The notes: a model not told the origin generated them from the letters alone. Positions 34,988 through 44,979 are shown, counted from the stretch's first letter. The stretch: 64,000 nt of DNA from an uncultured Chloroflexia bacterium (GCA_963766735.1 CAVYBU010000004.1:192001-256000), one strand, 5' to 3'. Numbers and translations: made by a program.

Positions 34988-36397
34988 CTACGGGCCGAGG
35001 TGGTACCCCATCCGGCGCGGCAGCTTCGCCACGAGGTCCGTGAGCCGGCCAACCTTGCCCGTGGCATCGAGCGCATCGTCCCGGCGGACCGTGGCCGCGT
35101 TGACCATGGCGGCGCCGACGCTGCGGAACGGCTGGGGCGGGAAGCGCCTGGGCTCCATGTCCACGAACGGGAGCCGGGTGGCATCGTCCTCGATGCCCAG
35201 GGCACGCGCTGCCATGATCCTGCCGAAGAGGTGGGCGGGCCCCACCCCATTGCCGGTGTAGCCGAGCGCGTAGTGGACGTTGCCGCCAGCCAGCGTGCCC
35301 GCGAATGGGGTGTGCGTGCTCGCGACATCGATCGGGCCGCCCCAGCGGCCCTCGATGGGGACGTCCCGGAAGCCCGGGAAGAAGCGGTGGATGGCGTCGA
35401 TCGCGTGCTGCGTGCCCTGCTCGTCGTTGTCGAAGTGCGGGCCGATCCTGCCCGTCCACGATCCCCGTTCTCCGCCGACGCCGAGGGCGATGCGGCCGTC
35501 GGGCGTGGTGCGCAGGTAGCGGAGCGCGGACCGGTAGTCGTAGATCGAGACCCCGGTGGTCCAGCCGATGTCGGCCAGCCTGTGCGGGGCGGGCGCCGTG
35601 ATCGCCATGAATGAAGCCCGGGGGACGATGCGGCGACCGAAGCCCTTCCAGGTCCCGGCCCAGGCGTTGATGCCCAGGACGGCCTGGCCGGCGTGCACCA
35701 CGCCGCCGGGCGTGACGGCCTCCAGGCGGGTGCCGGGTCGCAGGCTGGAGACCGGGGTGTGCTCGAAGATGCGGACGCCCGCCTCCATGCACACGCGCCG
35801 CAGGCCGCGAGCGAGGCGGGCTGGCTGGACGGTGCCGCCGTCGGCGACGAAGTGCCCGCCCTCGAACACCGGCGAGGTGCAGTAGCCGTCCATGTCGGCC
35901 TTCGTCAGCACGCGGTAGTGGTCCTCGATGCCGAGGCTCCGCGCGGTTGCGATGGGCTCCTCCCAGCCTCCGGACTGCGCGGGCGAGGAGGCGACCCCGA
36001 TGTACCCGTCCTGCCGGAACCAGGCGTCGACGCCGTGGCCGTCCATCCAGGCAGCCATCTCGTGGATCGTCCGTGCCCCCGCTTCGATGACCGCGAGGGC
36101 TCCGTCCCGCCCGAACAGGTCCACAAGGGTGCCGGCGTGGTCGTAGAAGCCGTTGATGAACCCGCCGTTGCGGCCGCTGGGCCCGAAGCCGCACTCGTCC
36201 TGCTCCAGGACGACGACCTTCACGCCCGGCCGCGTCTGCACCAGGTGCCAGGCGGCCCACAGGCCCGTGTAGCCACCGCCGATGATGACGACGTCCGTGG
36301 AGGTGTCGCGGTCCAGGGCCGGGGCCGGCTCACCCACGAACTCCGGGTGGGCCATGGCCTCCTTCAGCCACCAGCAGGTGCGGGCGATGTCGCTCAT
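34988..36397 (-). CDS. FAD-dependent oxidoreductase (DAO/PuuB-like)
   Basis: IIGGGYTGLW, GPSGRNGG, WGGPID, GYTGNGVG; ATG 7 nt after TACAGT. Confidence 0.9.
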   Translation of the reverse strand: MSDIARTCWWLKEAMAHPEFVGEPAPALDRDTSTDVVIIGGGYTGLWAAWHLVQTRPGVKVVVLEQDECGFGPSGRNGGFINGFYDHAGTLVDLFGRDGALAVIEAGARTIHEMAAWMDGHGVDAWFRQDGYIGVASSPAQSGGWEEPIATARSLGIEDHYRVLTKADMDGYCTSPVFEGGHFVADGGTVQPARLARGLRRVCMEAGVRIFEHTPVSSLRPGTRLEAVTPGGVVHAGQAVLGINAWAGTWKGFGRRIVPRASFMAITAPAPHRLADIGWTTGVSIYDYRSALRYLRTTPDGRIALGVGGERGSWTGRIGPHFDNDEQGTQHAIDAIHRFFPGFRDVPIEGRWGGPIDVASTHTPFAGTLAGGNVHYALGYTGNGVGPAHLFGRIMAARALGIEDDATRLPFVDMEPRRFPPQPFRSVGAAMVNAATVRRDDALDATGKVGRLTDLVAKLPRRMGYHLGP

Positions 36398-36504
36398 GGC
36401 TCTGACTGTAGCGGTGCCGGGCGCCGGCGGTCGGCCGGTTCCGGGGCGCGGGCCGGACATGAGACGACCCCGGAGCGTCGGCCGGGGTCGGCAGGGTCAG
36501 ATGG

Positions 36505-36580
36505 TGGCGCGCCCGGCGGGATTCGAACCCACGACCCCCAGCTCCGCAAGCTGGTGCTCTATCCACTGAGCTACGGGCGC
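36505..36580 (-). tRNA. tRNA-Arg(GCG)
   Basis: GCGCCCG TA GCTC AGTGGATA GAGC A CCAGC TT GCG GA GCTGG ... TTCGAAT ... CGGGCGC G CCA. Confidence 0.93.
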
Positions 36581-36593
36581 ACGATGTGCGATC

Positions 36594-36685
<92 letters not shown>

Positions 36686-36791
36686 ACTGCAGCGCGGCGC
36701 ATTCTAGCATCAGGCCGCGGCACCGATCCCCCGCACCGATCCCCCGCCGCCGGAGCCCGGAGCGGGGTCCCGCGATCGGCCGCTCGGTCCA

Positions 36792-37073
36792 TCAGGGCGT
36801 CGTTGCGTCGCCGGCATGGCCTGCGCCGTCCTCCACGTCGATCGCGACGAGGCGGAGCGCCCGCGGGTCCGCGGTCGGCAGGAAGTGGATCCGGGCGCCC
36901 TCGGCGATCGTCCCGGTGGCCGCCTCCTCGACATGTGATGCCACCGCTGCCTCGCTCGCGACGGCTTCGGGGCCGAGCTCCAGGCGGAGGTCGGTGATGC
37001 GGACGGCCCCGGCCGCGCGCGCTCGTTCGAGGGCCACCTCGATGATCCGCTCGGCGATGCCCGACTCGTGCAT
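36792..37073 (-). CDS. hypA: HypA/HybF-like nickel metallochaperone lacking the zinc-finger domain
   Basis: N-terminal MHESGIA, RITDLRLELG, GTIAEGARI, LRLVAIDVE; no Cys; TGATG coupling to the protease gene. Confidence 0.8.
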   Translation of the reverse strand: MHESGIAERIIEVALERARAAGAVRITDLRLELGPEAVASEAAVASHVEEAATGTIAEGARIHFLPTADPRALRLVAIDVEDGAGHAGDATTP

Positions 37074-37615
37074 CAGGATGACTGCCATGTCGACGCCCGG
37101 AGCAGGCCCAGGACGGCGTCCACGGCCTCCGGGAGGGCAGCCGCAACGGGCGGCGAGAGCGTCTCTCCGAACTCCTCCACGCGGTGGGCCACGATCCCCA
37201 CCACCATGATGTCGATCGGCAGATCGGCTCCCAGGGATCGGCCCGCAGCCAGGGCGACCCGCAGGGACGCATCGTGGGCGTTGTCAAGATGACCCGAGAC
37301 GTCGGGCACGAGCTCCTCGAGCGGCTGGACGAAGACGGCGCCGACCGGCCGGTCGTCGGCCCGAAGCGCATCGACGAGGATCGCGCGGCGGGCGCCCACG
37401 AGCCGCTCCATGAGCGAGAGCCCGCCCAACGACGCGCACCGGAAATCAACCGCCGGAGGCACCCGGCCGGCCGGGTGGCCTCCGTCAGCCTCATCGGCCC
37501 AGCGCCGTTCCACCTCCTCGACGACCCGCCATCCGATGCCGTCGTCGCCGAGAATCGGGTTGCCGATGCCGATGACGAGGACCAGCCCCGGCTGCGCCGG
37601 GGCGATGACTCGCAT
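37073..37615 (-). CDS. Hydrogenase maturation protease (HycI/HybD family)
   Basis: VIGIGNPILGDDGIG, ILVDAL, NAHD, LSPPVAAALP; start uncertain (37615 or 37687). Confidence 0.9.
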   Translation of the reverse strand: MRVIAPAQPGLVLVIGIGNPILGDDGIGWRVVEEVERRWADEADGGHPAGRVPPAVDFRCASLGGLSLMERLVGARRAILVDALRADDRPVGAVFVQPLEELVPDVSGHLDNAHDASLRVALAAGRSLGADLPIDIMVVGIVAHRVEEFGETLSPPVAAALPEAVDAVLGLLRASTWQSS

Positions 37616-37664
37616 CTCCGCCCCGGCTCGCGTCTCCGCCCCGGCAGGGACCCCGCGCGCCGAC

Positions 37665-39149
37665 TCAGTCGTCGCGGCGGATGACATCGACCACCGCCCC
37701 GGCCGCGTCCCGGATCGTGACTTCGAGCGGCATGCGGCCGGGAAGCGAGTGCGTGGCACAGCCGAAGCACGGGTCGTACGCGCGGAACGCCATCTCGATC
37801 CGGTTGAGGATCCCCTCACCCACCACCTGTCCGCCGTGGATCAGGCTGCGGGCCGCCCGCTCGATCGACATGCACATGGGGGCGTAGTTGTTCGTCGTCC
37901 CGACGATGAGGTTGACCTCCGTGAGGATCCCCCGCTCATCCGTCCGGTAGTGGTGGGTGAGCGTGCCGCGCGGCGCCTCCACGGTCCCGACGCCTTCGGT
38001 GGGGGTCGAGGTGGGAATGGATCGGACGTCGTCGGATGTGATCTCCGGGTCCGTCGCGAGCTCCACGAGCCGCTCCGCCGCGAACAGCATCTCGACCAGC
38101 CGGGCCCAGTGGGCGGCCAGGCGGCCGTGGACGGGCTGCTGGGGGCCACCGTTCGTCGGCGCCAGGGTTGCGAAGAAGCGCTCGTACTCGGCCTGCGCCT
38201 TGGGCGTTGCCATCCCGTCGGCCGCGTTGAGTCGGGACAGGGGCATCGCGGTGTAGATGCCCGAGTCCTTGCCGTCCACGAAGCCCTTCCAGCCGACCGG
38301 CTTGAGGTACGGGAACTTCAGGTACGTCCAGGGCTCGACGCGCTCTGCGATCCAGTCCCGGTAGTCGGCCGGATCGTACTCGCACAACTGCTCGCCGTCG
38401 GGCGCGACCACGCGCACCCGGCCGTCGTAGAAGTTGACCTTGCCGTTCGCGTCCACGAGGCCCATGTAGTAGGTCTCGTGACGGTACGTGTCACCCAGGA
38501 TGGCGTCCCGGTAGGCAGCATCACCCATGACGAGTGCATCGAAGACGCCGATGCTGAACTCCGAGAAATCGACCATCGAGCGGCCGATGGCCTCGATCTC
38601 CGCCCGCTGATCCTCCGTGATGCCCTTGGTCATCCCACCCGGGACAGCCGTGCAGGGGTGGACCGCCCGGCCGCCGATCATCTCGATGACGTGGTGGCCG
38701 GCCTTGCGGGCCCCGATGACGCGGGCTCCCGCCTCCGCTCCGACCTTGGCCAGGACGCCCAGGATGTTGCGCTCCGCGACCGGGGCGTCCGGCCCGACGA
38801 AGAAGTCCGGGCCGCCGAGGGCATAGAAATGCGTGGCGTGGTCGGTGACGTAGAACGCGGAGTAGAGGGCCTCGCGCAGGAGGCGGGCCGGCCGCGGCGG
38901 GGTGACCCCGTACACCGCGTCGGCCGCCTTCGCCGCGGCCATGTGATGCGCCTCGGGGCACACGCCGCAGATGCGGCTGGTGAGGGATGGCATCTCCTCG
39001 ACCGGCCGGCCCACGCAGAAGCGTTCGAAACCCCGGAGCTCGGGAACCTGGAAGTAGGTCCTCTGGACCTCGCCCGCGTCATCGAGGAAGATCTCGATCT
39101 TGGCGTGGCCCTCCAGGCGGGTGACCGGGTCGATCGTCAGGCGGGTCAT
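37665..39149 (-). CDS. mvhA: [NiFe] hydrogenase large subunit, group 3c type
   Basis: TRLEGH, RGFE, L1 RICGVCPEAHH, EAPRG, L2 DPCFGCATH, cleavable C-terminal tail. Confidence 0.93.
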   Translation of the reverse strand: MTRLTIDPVTRLEGHAKIEIFLDDAGEVQRTYFQVPELRGFERFCVGRPVEEMPSLTSRICGVCPEAHHMAAAKAADAVYGVTPPRPARLLREALYSAFYVTDHATHFYALGGPDFFVGPDAPVAERNILGVLAKVGAEAGARVIGARKAGHHVIEMIGGRAVHPCTAVPGGMTKGITEDQRAEIEAIGRSMVDFSEFSIGVFDALVMGDAAYRDAILGDTYRHETYYMGLVDANGKVNFYDGRVRVVAPDGEQLCEYDPADYRDWIAERVEPWTYLKFPYLKPVGWKGFVDGKDSGIYTAMPLSRLNAADGMATPKAQAEYERFFATLAPTNGGPQQPVHGRLAAHWARLVEMLFAAERLVELATDPEITSDDVRSIPTSTPTEGVGTVEAPRGTLTHHYRTDERGILTEVNLIVGTTNNYAPMCMSIERAARSLIHGGQVVGEGILNRIEMAFRAYDPCFGCATHSLPGRMPLEVTIRDAAGAVVDVIRRDD

Positions 39150-40213
39150 CTCTCGTTCCCTCCGGCCGCGCCGGCGAGAGCCGGCTCGGCAGTGGGCGTC
39201 ATCGCCGGTGGTTCGTGGCCGTTGCCGCCGGACGCAACCCGGCTCGCCCGCAGGATCGAGCGGGCCAGGCCGAACCGGTAGAAGGTCCCGAGCGGATCGG
39301 GCAGGCCGTCGAGGATCAGCTCGATGTCAGCGGGCTCGCGTGCGTCGAGGACCGAGGCGAACGCCGACAGGAGTCGAGCGCCCTGGTCCGTCACTCCGTC
39401 GGTCGCCCCGTAGCAGCCGATGCAGGGCGCGCCGGCCGCCGGGCAGAGCGCGCCGCAGCCGTCCCGGGTTGCGGGGCCGCTGCACGGGATGCCCTGCTCG
39501 AGGAGGCAGACCGCCGGGTCGAGGTGGGCCGTGGCCTGGATCCTGGTGAACGCGGAGATCTTCTTCACGTCACGCTCGCGGGCGCACTGGTCGCAGACGG
39601 TCGACGTCCCCGCGCCGATGACGCTGCCCTTGGGCGGCAGCTCGGCCCGACCGGCGAAGGCTGCGATCGCGAGATCGACGATCTCCGCGATGCGGGCCGA
39701 CTCGGGCGGACAGCCAGGCACGAAGTAGTCCACCTCGACGACCTGGTCCAGCGTTCTCAGGACCGGAGCGAGCGTCGGGATCCGGATCTCGCCCTCGGGC
39801 GCCATCCAGTTCGGCTCAGGCCGGACGTGGGCGGCGTTCTCGGTGCTGGACGTCTCGAAGGCGGTCGCCACCATGTCGCCAACCGAGGACAGGTTGGCCA
39901 GCCCGGGGATGCAGCCCTCCGAAGCACACGAGCCGAAGGCGACGAGGATCTTCGAGGTGCGGCGGAGGAGCTTCGCGAGATGAAGGTTCTCGTCGTTGCG
40001 GATGCTCCCCGAGAAGAACGTCAGGTCGATCGAGCCGTCCGGCAGCGCCTCCACGTCGGCGTACTTCGTGTCCATGACGCAGGGCCAGAACACGATGTCG
40101 AAGGCATTCGCGACGTCCACGATCTTCTCGTGGATGTTGAGCACGGCGATGTCGCAGCCGCCGCAGCTGGCGGCCCAGTACATCGCGAACCGGCGCTTGT
40201 CGTTGTCGCTCAT
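39146..40213 (-). CDS. mvhG: [NiFe] hydrogenase small subunit
   Basis: SCGGCD, AFGSCASEG, PGCPP, C-terminal Cys cluster PCSGP..CGALCP..PCIGCYG. Confidence 0.92.
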   Translation of the reverse strand: MSDNDKRRFAMYWAASCGGCDIAVLNIHEKIVDVANAFDIVFWPCVMDTKYADVEALPDGSIDLTFFSGSIRNDENLHLAKLLRRTSKILVAFGSCASEGCIPGLANLSSVGDMVATAFETSSTENAAHVRPEPNWMAPEGEIRIPTLAPVLRTLDQVVEVDYFVPGCPPESARIAEIVDLAIAAFAGRAELPPKGSVIGAGTSTVCDQCARERDVKKISAFTRIQATAHLDPAVCLLEQGIPCSGPATRDGCGALCPAAGAPCIGCYGATDGVTDQGARLLSAFASVLDAREPADIELILDGLPDPLGTFYRFGLARSILRASRVASGGNGHEPPAMTPTAEPALAGAAGGNER

Positions 40214-40785
40214 GCCGTCATCTCCGCGGGCTCGCCGACGGCCGCCGCGGCGGCCGGGACGGGATCGCCAGGACTGGCCGGGTCGATCTGCAGCGCGGCC
40301 GCGACGGCCTCGGGCAATGCCCGCCCGTCACGACCCCAGCCGAGGGGGCCGAGGGCGCGCACCTCCTCGACGATACGGCTCACCTCGGTGGCGAACCGCT
40401 GGCCTTCGGCCGCGCTGGCCCAGAGGAGCTGGAGCCGTGCCGGCTCGATGCCCATCGCCTCGGTCACCCGCCGGAGGAGGGTGAGCCGCCGGAGCAGCTT
40501 GATGTTCTGCTCGATGTAGTGGCACTCGCCCGGCCAGCAGCCGCTGATCATGACGCCGTCCGCGCCCTCCGCGAACGCTTTCAGGACGAAGGCCGGGTCC
40601 AGGCGGCCCGAGCACATGAGGCGGATGAGCCGGACGTTCGGCGGGTACTTCAGGCGGGCGGTGCCGGCCAGGTCCGCGGCCCGGTAGCTGCACCAGTTGC
40701 AGGTGAAGCCGATCATGACCGGCTCGAACGTGTTGCCGTTCGCCGGGGCGGGGCCGGCCGTGACGGGGGTCGTTGTCTTGCTCAT
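40210..40785 (-). CDS. mvhD: Hydrogenase iron-sulfur subunit MvhD/FlpD
   Basis: FTCNWCSYRAADLAG, RLMCSGR, GCWPGECHY, WASAAEG. Confidence 0.95.
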   Translation of the reverse strand: MSKTTTPVTAGPAPANGNTFEPVMIGFTCNWCSYRAADLAGTARLKYPPNVRLIRLMCSGRLDPAFVLKAFAEGADGVMISGCWPGECHYIEQNIKLLRRLTLLRRVTEAMGIEPARLQLLWASAAEGQRFATEVSRIVEEVRALGPLGWGRDGRALPEAVAAALQIDPASPGDPVPAAAAAVGEPAEMTA

Positions 40786-42812
40786 GCCGGCACCATCTCT
40801 CGCAGCTCACCGGTCGCCGAGACCATCAGGAGACCCTCGATCTGGGACAGGATCTGGGCATCGGAGAAGCCGGTCCCGCTGATCGCTCCGGCGGGACAAG
40901 CGGCCACGCAGGTTCCGCATCCCTGGCAGAGGGCCGAGTTCACCTCCGTGACCATCCGCTCCGCGTGGAACACGATCGCGTTGTAGGGGCACAGGTCGTT
41001 GCAGATCCGGCACCCGGAGCAACGGTCCTCGTCGACCGTCGCCCGGACGGGTTCGAGGGCCAACTCCTTCTGCTGGATCCGGCCCAGGATCCGCGCACCT
41101 GCCGCGGCACCGTTCGACACGCTGGCCGGGATGTCCCGCGGCCCGAGCGCGCAGCCGGCGGCGAACACGCCGTCCGTCATCGTGGCGACCGGGTCGAGCT
41201 TCGGGTGGCGCTCGATGACCCAGCCATCGGAGCTGCACGAGATCCCGAACAGCCGCGCGGTCTCCTTGGCGTCGGCAGGTGGCTCGAGGCCAGCCGACAG
41301 GATGACCATGTCCACCGGGATCCGTCGCTGCTGGCCGACGAGGGTGTCTTCCACCTGGATGATCAGCTGACCCTCGGCGTCCGCTTCGGCGGGCAGCCGG
41401 AGCGAGTCGGTCACCTCCGCGACGCGGCCCCGGACGAAGATCGTGCCTTCCTCCAGGACCCGCTGATAGAACTCGTCGTATGCCTTGCCGGGCGCGCGGA
41501 CGTCGATGTAGAAGTTGTAGACGGTGGCGTCCGTGTGGTCGCGGATCAGGTGGGCGAACTTCAGGCTCTGCATGCAGCAGATCGCCGAGCAGTAGCTGTT
41601 GAAGTTCCGGTCGCGACTGCCGACGCAGTGGATGATGCCGACCGACTTCGGCTCGGTGACCCCGTCGCGAAGCACGATCCGGCCGGTTGTCGGTCCCGCC
41701 GCGTTGCTCATCCGCTCGAACTCGAGGCTCGTGAACACGTTCGGGAGCCGGCCGTAGCCATACTGCTCAATCCGTCGCGGGTCGAACAGCTCGTACCCGG
41801 TGGCGAGGACGATGTTGCCCACCTCCACGACCACGTCGCGATCCACCTGGGTGAAGTCGATCGCATCCGTCGGGCAGAACTTCTCGCAGGCCTTGCAGGT
41901 CCCCTTCTCGAAGTACGTGCAGTTCGGGCCGTCGATCACCGGGTACTTCGGGACGGCCTGCGGGAAGGGCATGTAGGCGACCTTGCGGTAGCCCAGACCG
42001 GCTTCGAATGCTGTGTCCTGGACCCGGACCGGGCACTTCTCCTGGCAGATCCCGCAACCCGTGCACAGCTCCGTGTTGATGTAGCGGGCCCGCTCCTTGA
42101 TGGTGACCGTGAAGTTGCCGACATAGCCCTTGACGTCGGTCACCTCGCTCCACGTGTGGAGGGTGATGTTGGGGTGCATCCCCGCATCGACCATCCTGGG
42201 GGTGAGGATGCAGGCGGCACAGTCCAGCGTCGGGAACGTCTTGTCGAACTGGGCCATGTGGCCGCCGATCGATGGCTGGCGCTCCACCATGTGGACCGGG
42301 AAGCCGGCATCGGCGATCTCGAGCGCGGCCGAGATGCCCGAGATACCGCCGCCGACGACCAGCGTGGCGGGGTTGATCGGGACCCGCAGCGGTTCCAGCG
42401 GGACCATCTCGCCGACCCTCTGGACGCCGCCGGAGATGACGGCCTTCGCTTTCGCCGTGGCCGCAGACCGGTCGGAGTGGACCCAGCTGACCTGCTCCCG
42501 GATGCTCACGAGCTCGCACAGATACGGGTTGAGGCCCGCCCGGGCACAGGCGCCCCGGAAGGTCTTCTCGTGCATGTGCGGGGAGCAGGCCGCGACCACC
42601 ACGCGGGTCAGTCCGAGCTCCTTGATGTCCTCTTCGATCAGCTCCTGGCCCGACGACGCGCACATGAACTTGCTGTCACGAGCGATGACCACGCCCTGGC
42701 CGGCCAGCTCCTGGCCGGCCCACGCGCTGACCGCCTCGACGTCGACGGTCGCGGCGATGTTGCTGCCGCAGTGGCAGACGTAGACGCCGATCCTCTCCTG
42801 GGCGCTGCTCAT
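40782..42812 (-). CDS. hdrA: Heterodisulfide reductase subunit A (FAD, Fe-S)
   Basis: IGVYVCHCGSNIA, AACSP, GGGISG, DKTFPTLDCAAC, LEFER, HCVGSR..CSAICC, ferredoxin motifs; ATG at 42812 overlaps the hdrB stop. Confidence 0.95.
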   Translation of the reverse strand: MSSAQERIGVYVCHCGSNIAATVDVEAVSAWAGQELAGQGVVIARDSKFMCASSGQELIEEDIKELGLTRVVVAACSPHMHEKTFRGACARAGLNPYLCELVSIREQVSWVHSDRSAATAKAKAVISGGVQRVGEMVPLEPLRVPINPATLVVGGGISGISAALEIADAGFPVHMVERQPSIGGHMAQFDKTFPTLDCAACILTPRMVDAGMHPNITLHTWSEVTDVKGYVGNFTVTIKERARYINTELCTGCGICQEKCPVRVQDTAFEAGLGYRKVAYMPFPQAVPKYPVIDGPNCTYFEKGTCKACEKFCPTDAIDFTQVDRDVVVEVGNIVLATGYELFDPRRIEQYGYGRLPNVFTSLEFERMSNAAGPTTGRIVLRDGVTEPKSVGIIHCVGSRDRNFNSYCSAICCMQSLKFAHLIRDHTDATVYNFYIDVRAPGKAYDEFYQRVLEEGTIFVRGRVAEVTDSLRLPAEADAEGQLIIQVEDTLVGQQRRIPVDMVILSAGLEPPADAKETARLFGISCSSDGWVIERHPKLDPVATMTDGVFAAGCALGPRDIPASVSNGAAAGARILGRIQQKELALEPVRATVDEDRCSGCRICNDLCPYNAIVFHAERMVTEVNSALCQGCGTCVAACPAGAISGTGFSDAQILSQIEGLLMVSATGELREMVPA

Positions 42813-43828
42813 CGCGGAACCTCCCCGTGCTCGCCCGGCATCGCCGGCATCGGAAGACCCGTCTTCCTGGCTCGCGGCCTCCGTGGAGGTCCCCCCGCAC
42901 CGGCACCGACGGGTTCCTGCTCCTCGGTCACCGGGACCTCGATCCCGACCTTGGACAGCGCGGCCCGGGCGCTGACGATCTCCGTCCCGATGCCCAGCTT
43001 CGCCGCCGGGAACCCGAATGCGAGCCCGATGAGCTGCGTGAAGAACAGGATCGGCATGTGGTAGTTGACCTTGAGGGAGCGATTCATCTCCGCCTGATAG
43101 GCATCGACGTTCATCTGGCACATCGGGCACGACGTGACCATCAGGTCTGCGCCAGCCCGCTCGGCCGCATCCACCAGCCGGCGGATGAGCTCGAACCCGG
43201 TGGCGGGGCTGATCTGCGTCATGTGTCCGCCGCAGCAGGCCGTCCTGAGGGGAAAGTCGACGACCTGGGCACCAAGCGTGCGGATCAGGCGGTCGAAGTC
43301 CCGCGGATTCTCGCGCGAGCTCCAGCGGCGATCGAGGTCCGGCCGGGTCACGAGACAGCCGAGATACGGCGCGACCTTCAGGCCACCAAGCGGCCGGGTG
43401 ACCTGGGCGTGGACGGTCTCGATGCCGACGTCGTCGAAGATGACCTCGAGGAGGTGGCGGACGTCGATGGAGCCGGGTGTGTAGTGAAGGCCACCGGCCG
43501 CGAGGGCCGTGTTGACCGTGTCCGCCAGCGCCTGGTCCTCGCGCAGGTAGTTCTCCGTCTTGGCAAGGTTCATGAAGCACGCGCTGCAGGGGGCGACCAG
43601 CGTTCGCGACCCGTTCTTCTGCTTCTCCGCGAGGGCGAGGTTCCGTGACACCAGGGTGTGGGCACGGGTGGGGCTGACGCCCATGTACTCCGTGGCGCCA
43701 CAGCAGTTCCAGTCGTCGATCTCGACCAGCTCCAGCCCGAGGGGGCCGCTGATCGCCTCGAGCGAGTCGGCGTATGCCTTGGCGCTGGCGTCCATCGAGC
43801 AGCCCGGGTAGTACACGAACTGGTTCAC
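42809..43828 (-). CDS. hdrB: Heterodisulfide reductase subunit B
   Basis: Two CCG domains: YYPGC..NCCG..CSAC and YLGC..CCGG..CPMC. Confidence 0.94.
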   Translation of the reverse strand: MNQFVYYPGCSMDASAKAYADSLEAISGPLGLELVEIDDWNCCGATEYMGVSPTRAHTLVSRNLALAEKQKNGSRTLVAPCSACFMNLAKTENYLREDQALADTVNTALAAGGLHYTPGSIDVRHLLEVIFDDVGIETVHAQVTRPLGGLKVAPYLGCLVTRPDLDRRWSSRENPRDFDRLIRTLGAQVVDFPLRTACCGGHMTQISPATGFELIRRLVDAAERAGADLMVTSCPMCQMNVDAYQAEMNRSLKVNYHMPILFFTQLIGLAFGFPAAKLGIGTEIVSARAALSKVGIEVPVTEEQEPVGAGAGGPPRRPRARKTGLPMPAMPGEHGEVPR

Positions 43829-44409
43829 GCCTCGGCCTCCAGCTCTGCCGCGCGAGCGAGGATCTTCCGGAGTCCGTCGCGCCCCTTGATCGCCTTGGGC
43901 GGTCGGAGCCCCATGCGACCCTTGGCGACCATCCCGATCCCCATCGGGGCCATCCCGGGGAGGCGGGTCAGGTAGTGACGGAGGTAGTGGCGCGCGATGA
44001 GGCCCACCTCGTAGCTCCGCCCGTAGCGATGGATGTTGTCCACGAAGGTCCTCGAGAAGTCCGGCGCGACGGAGTCGGGGACGAGACCCTCACGGGCGGC
44101 CATCGCCTTGAGCCCGTACATGACGTCCGGGATGTGCACCTCCTGGGGGCAGCGCACGGCGCAGTAGTAACAGGAGACACACATCCAGGAGGTGTTGCTC
44201 CGGAGGACCTCGTCGCGCAGCCCCGCCCGGACCATCGCGAAGATCATCCGGGGGGTGTGGTCCATGTCGGCGGCCGACGGGCACGAACCCCCACAGGTCC
44301 CGCACTGGACGCACATCTCCAGGCGGGCCGTGCGCGGGATGACGGTCCGGACCTCGTCCTGGAAGGCCACGCCGCGTGGCGCCACTTGGACAGGCGTATC
44401 TGTGGACAT
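43825..44409 (-). CDS. hdrC: Heterodisulfide reductase subunit C
   Basis: CVQCGTCGGSCP and CVSCYYCAVRCP. Confidence 0.93.
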   Translation of the reverse strand: MSTDTPVQVAPRGVAFQDEVRTVIPRTARLEMCVQCGTCGGSCPSAADMDHTPRMIFAMVRAGLRDEVLRSNTSWMCVSCYYCAVRCPQEVHIPDVMYGLKAMAAREGLVPDSVAPDFSRTFVDNIHRYGRSYEVGLIARHYLRHYLTRLPGMAPMGIGMVAKGRMGLRPPKAIKGRDGLRKILARAAELEAEA

Positions 44410-44480
44410 CGCGAATCAAGCCTCCACAGTCTCGAGGAAGCCGCCCTGCAGCCACAACGCAGGGCGGCGGGATCACTTGG

Positions 44481-44888
44481 CTACATGGGCAGGCCGGAGC
44501 GACCGTCGCGGCCGAGCGCCGCGCGTGCGGCATCCTCCTTGTCGACGGAAAAGGCGACCTCGATGACCCCGGGCCGCCTCCCGATCACGAGGGCGCCCAG
44601 GATGTTCACGCCGGCCGCGGCCAGCGTCTCGGCCGTGTCGGCGAAGCCACCTGGCCGATCGGCGACATCGGCGACGACCATGTCGCCCTCGATGAAGGTG
44701 CAGCCGCGACGACGCAGGACGTCACGCGTCGCGTCGTCGTCGGACGTGGTGATGGACACGCTCGCCAGGGCTCCGGCGCTCGTGCTTGCGATGTTGCGGA
44801 TGTCGATCCCATCTGCGGCGAGGGCACGCGTCAGGCCCGCCAGCTCCCCCGGCTGGTTCGCGATCTGGACGACGAACTCCCGCGCCAT
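44481..44888 (-). CDS. Tandem ACT domain protein
   Basis: NQPGELAGL..GIDI and DRPGGFADT..GVNI. Confidence 0.85.
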   Translation of the reverse strand: MAREFVVQIANQPGELAGLTRALAADGIDIRNIASTSAGALASVSITTSDDDATRDVLRRRGCTFIEGDMVVADVADRPGGFADTAETLAAAGVNILGALVIGRRPGVIEVAFSVDKEDAARAALGRDGRSGLPM

Positions 44889-44953
44889 CGGCATCTCCCA
44901 CCTGTCCGGCGGCCCGTCAGGCGCGCCGGATGCATCTCTCCTGAGGAGTGTCT

Positions 44954-44979
44954 GCACTGGCCGTGGTCACGGCCAGTGC
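44954..44979. promoter_or_regulatory. Perfect 12-bp inverted repeat, candidate operator upstream of the ACT-hdr-mvh genes
   Basis: GCACTGGCCGTG-GT-CACGGCCAGTGC. Confidence 0.45.

Noticed and set aside
23600-36504. Possible genomic island integrated at the tRNA-Arg 3' end
   Set aside because: No integrase, no duplicated tRNA end (att site) and no evident composition shift.
37665-42812. Selenocysteine recoding in Mvh/Hdr
   Set aside because: No in-frame TGA; the relevant positions are Cys codons.
42813-43580. N-terminal extension of the 932-aa HdrA ORF
   Set aside because: It overlaps hdrB in another frame; the likely start is the ATG at 42812 with an ATGA overlap.
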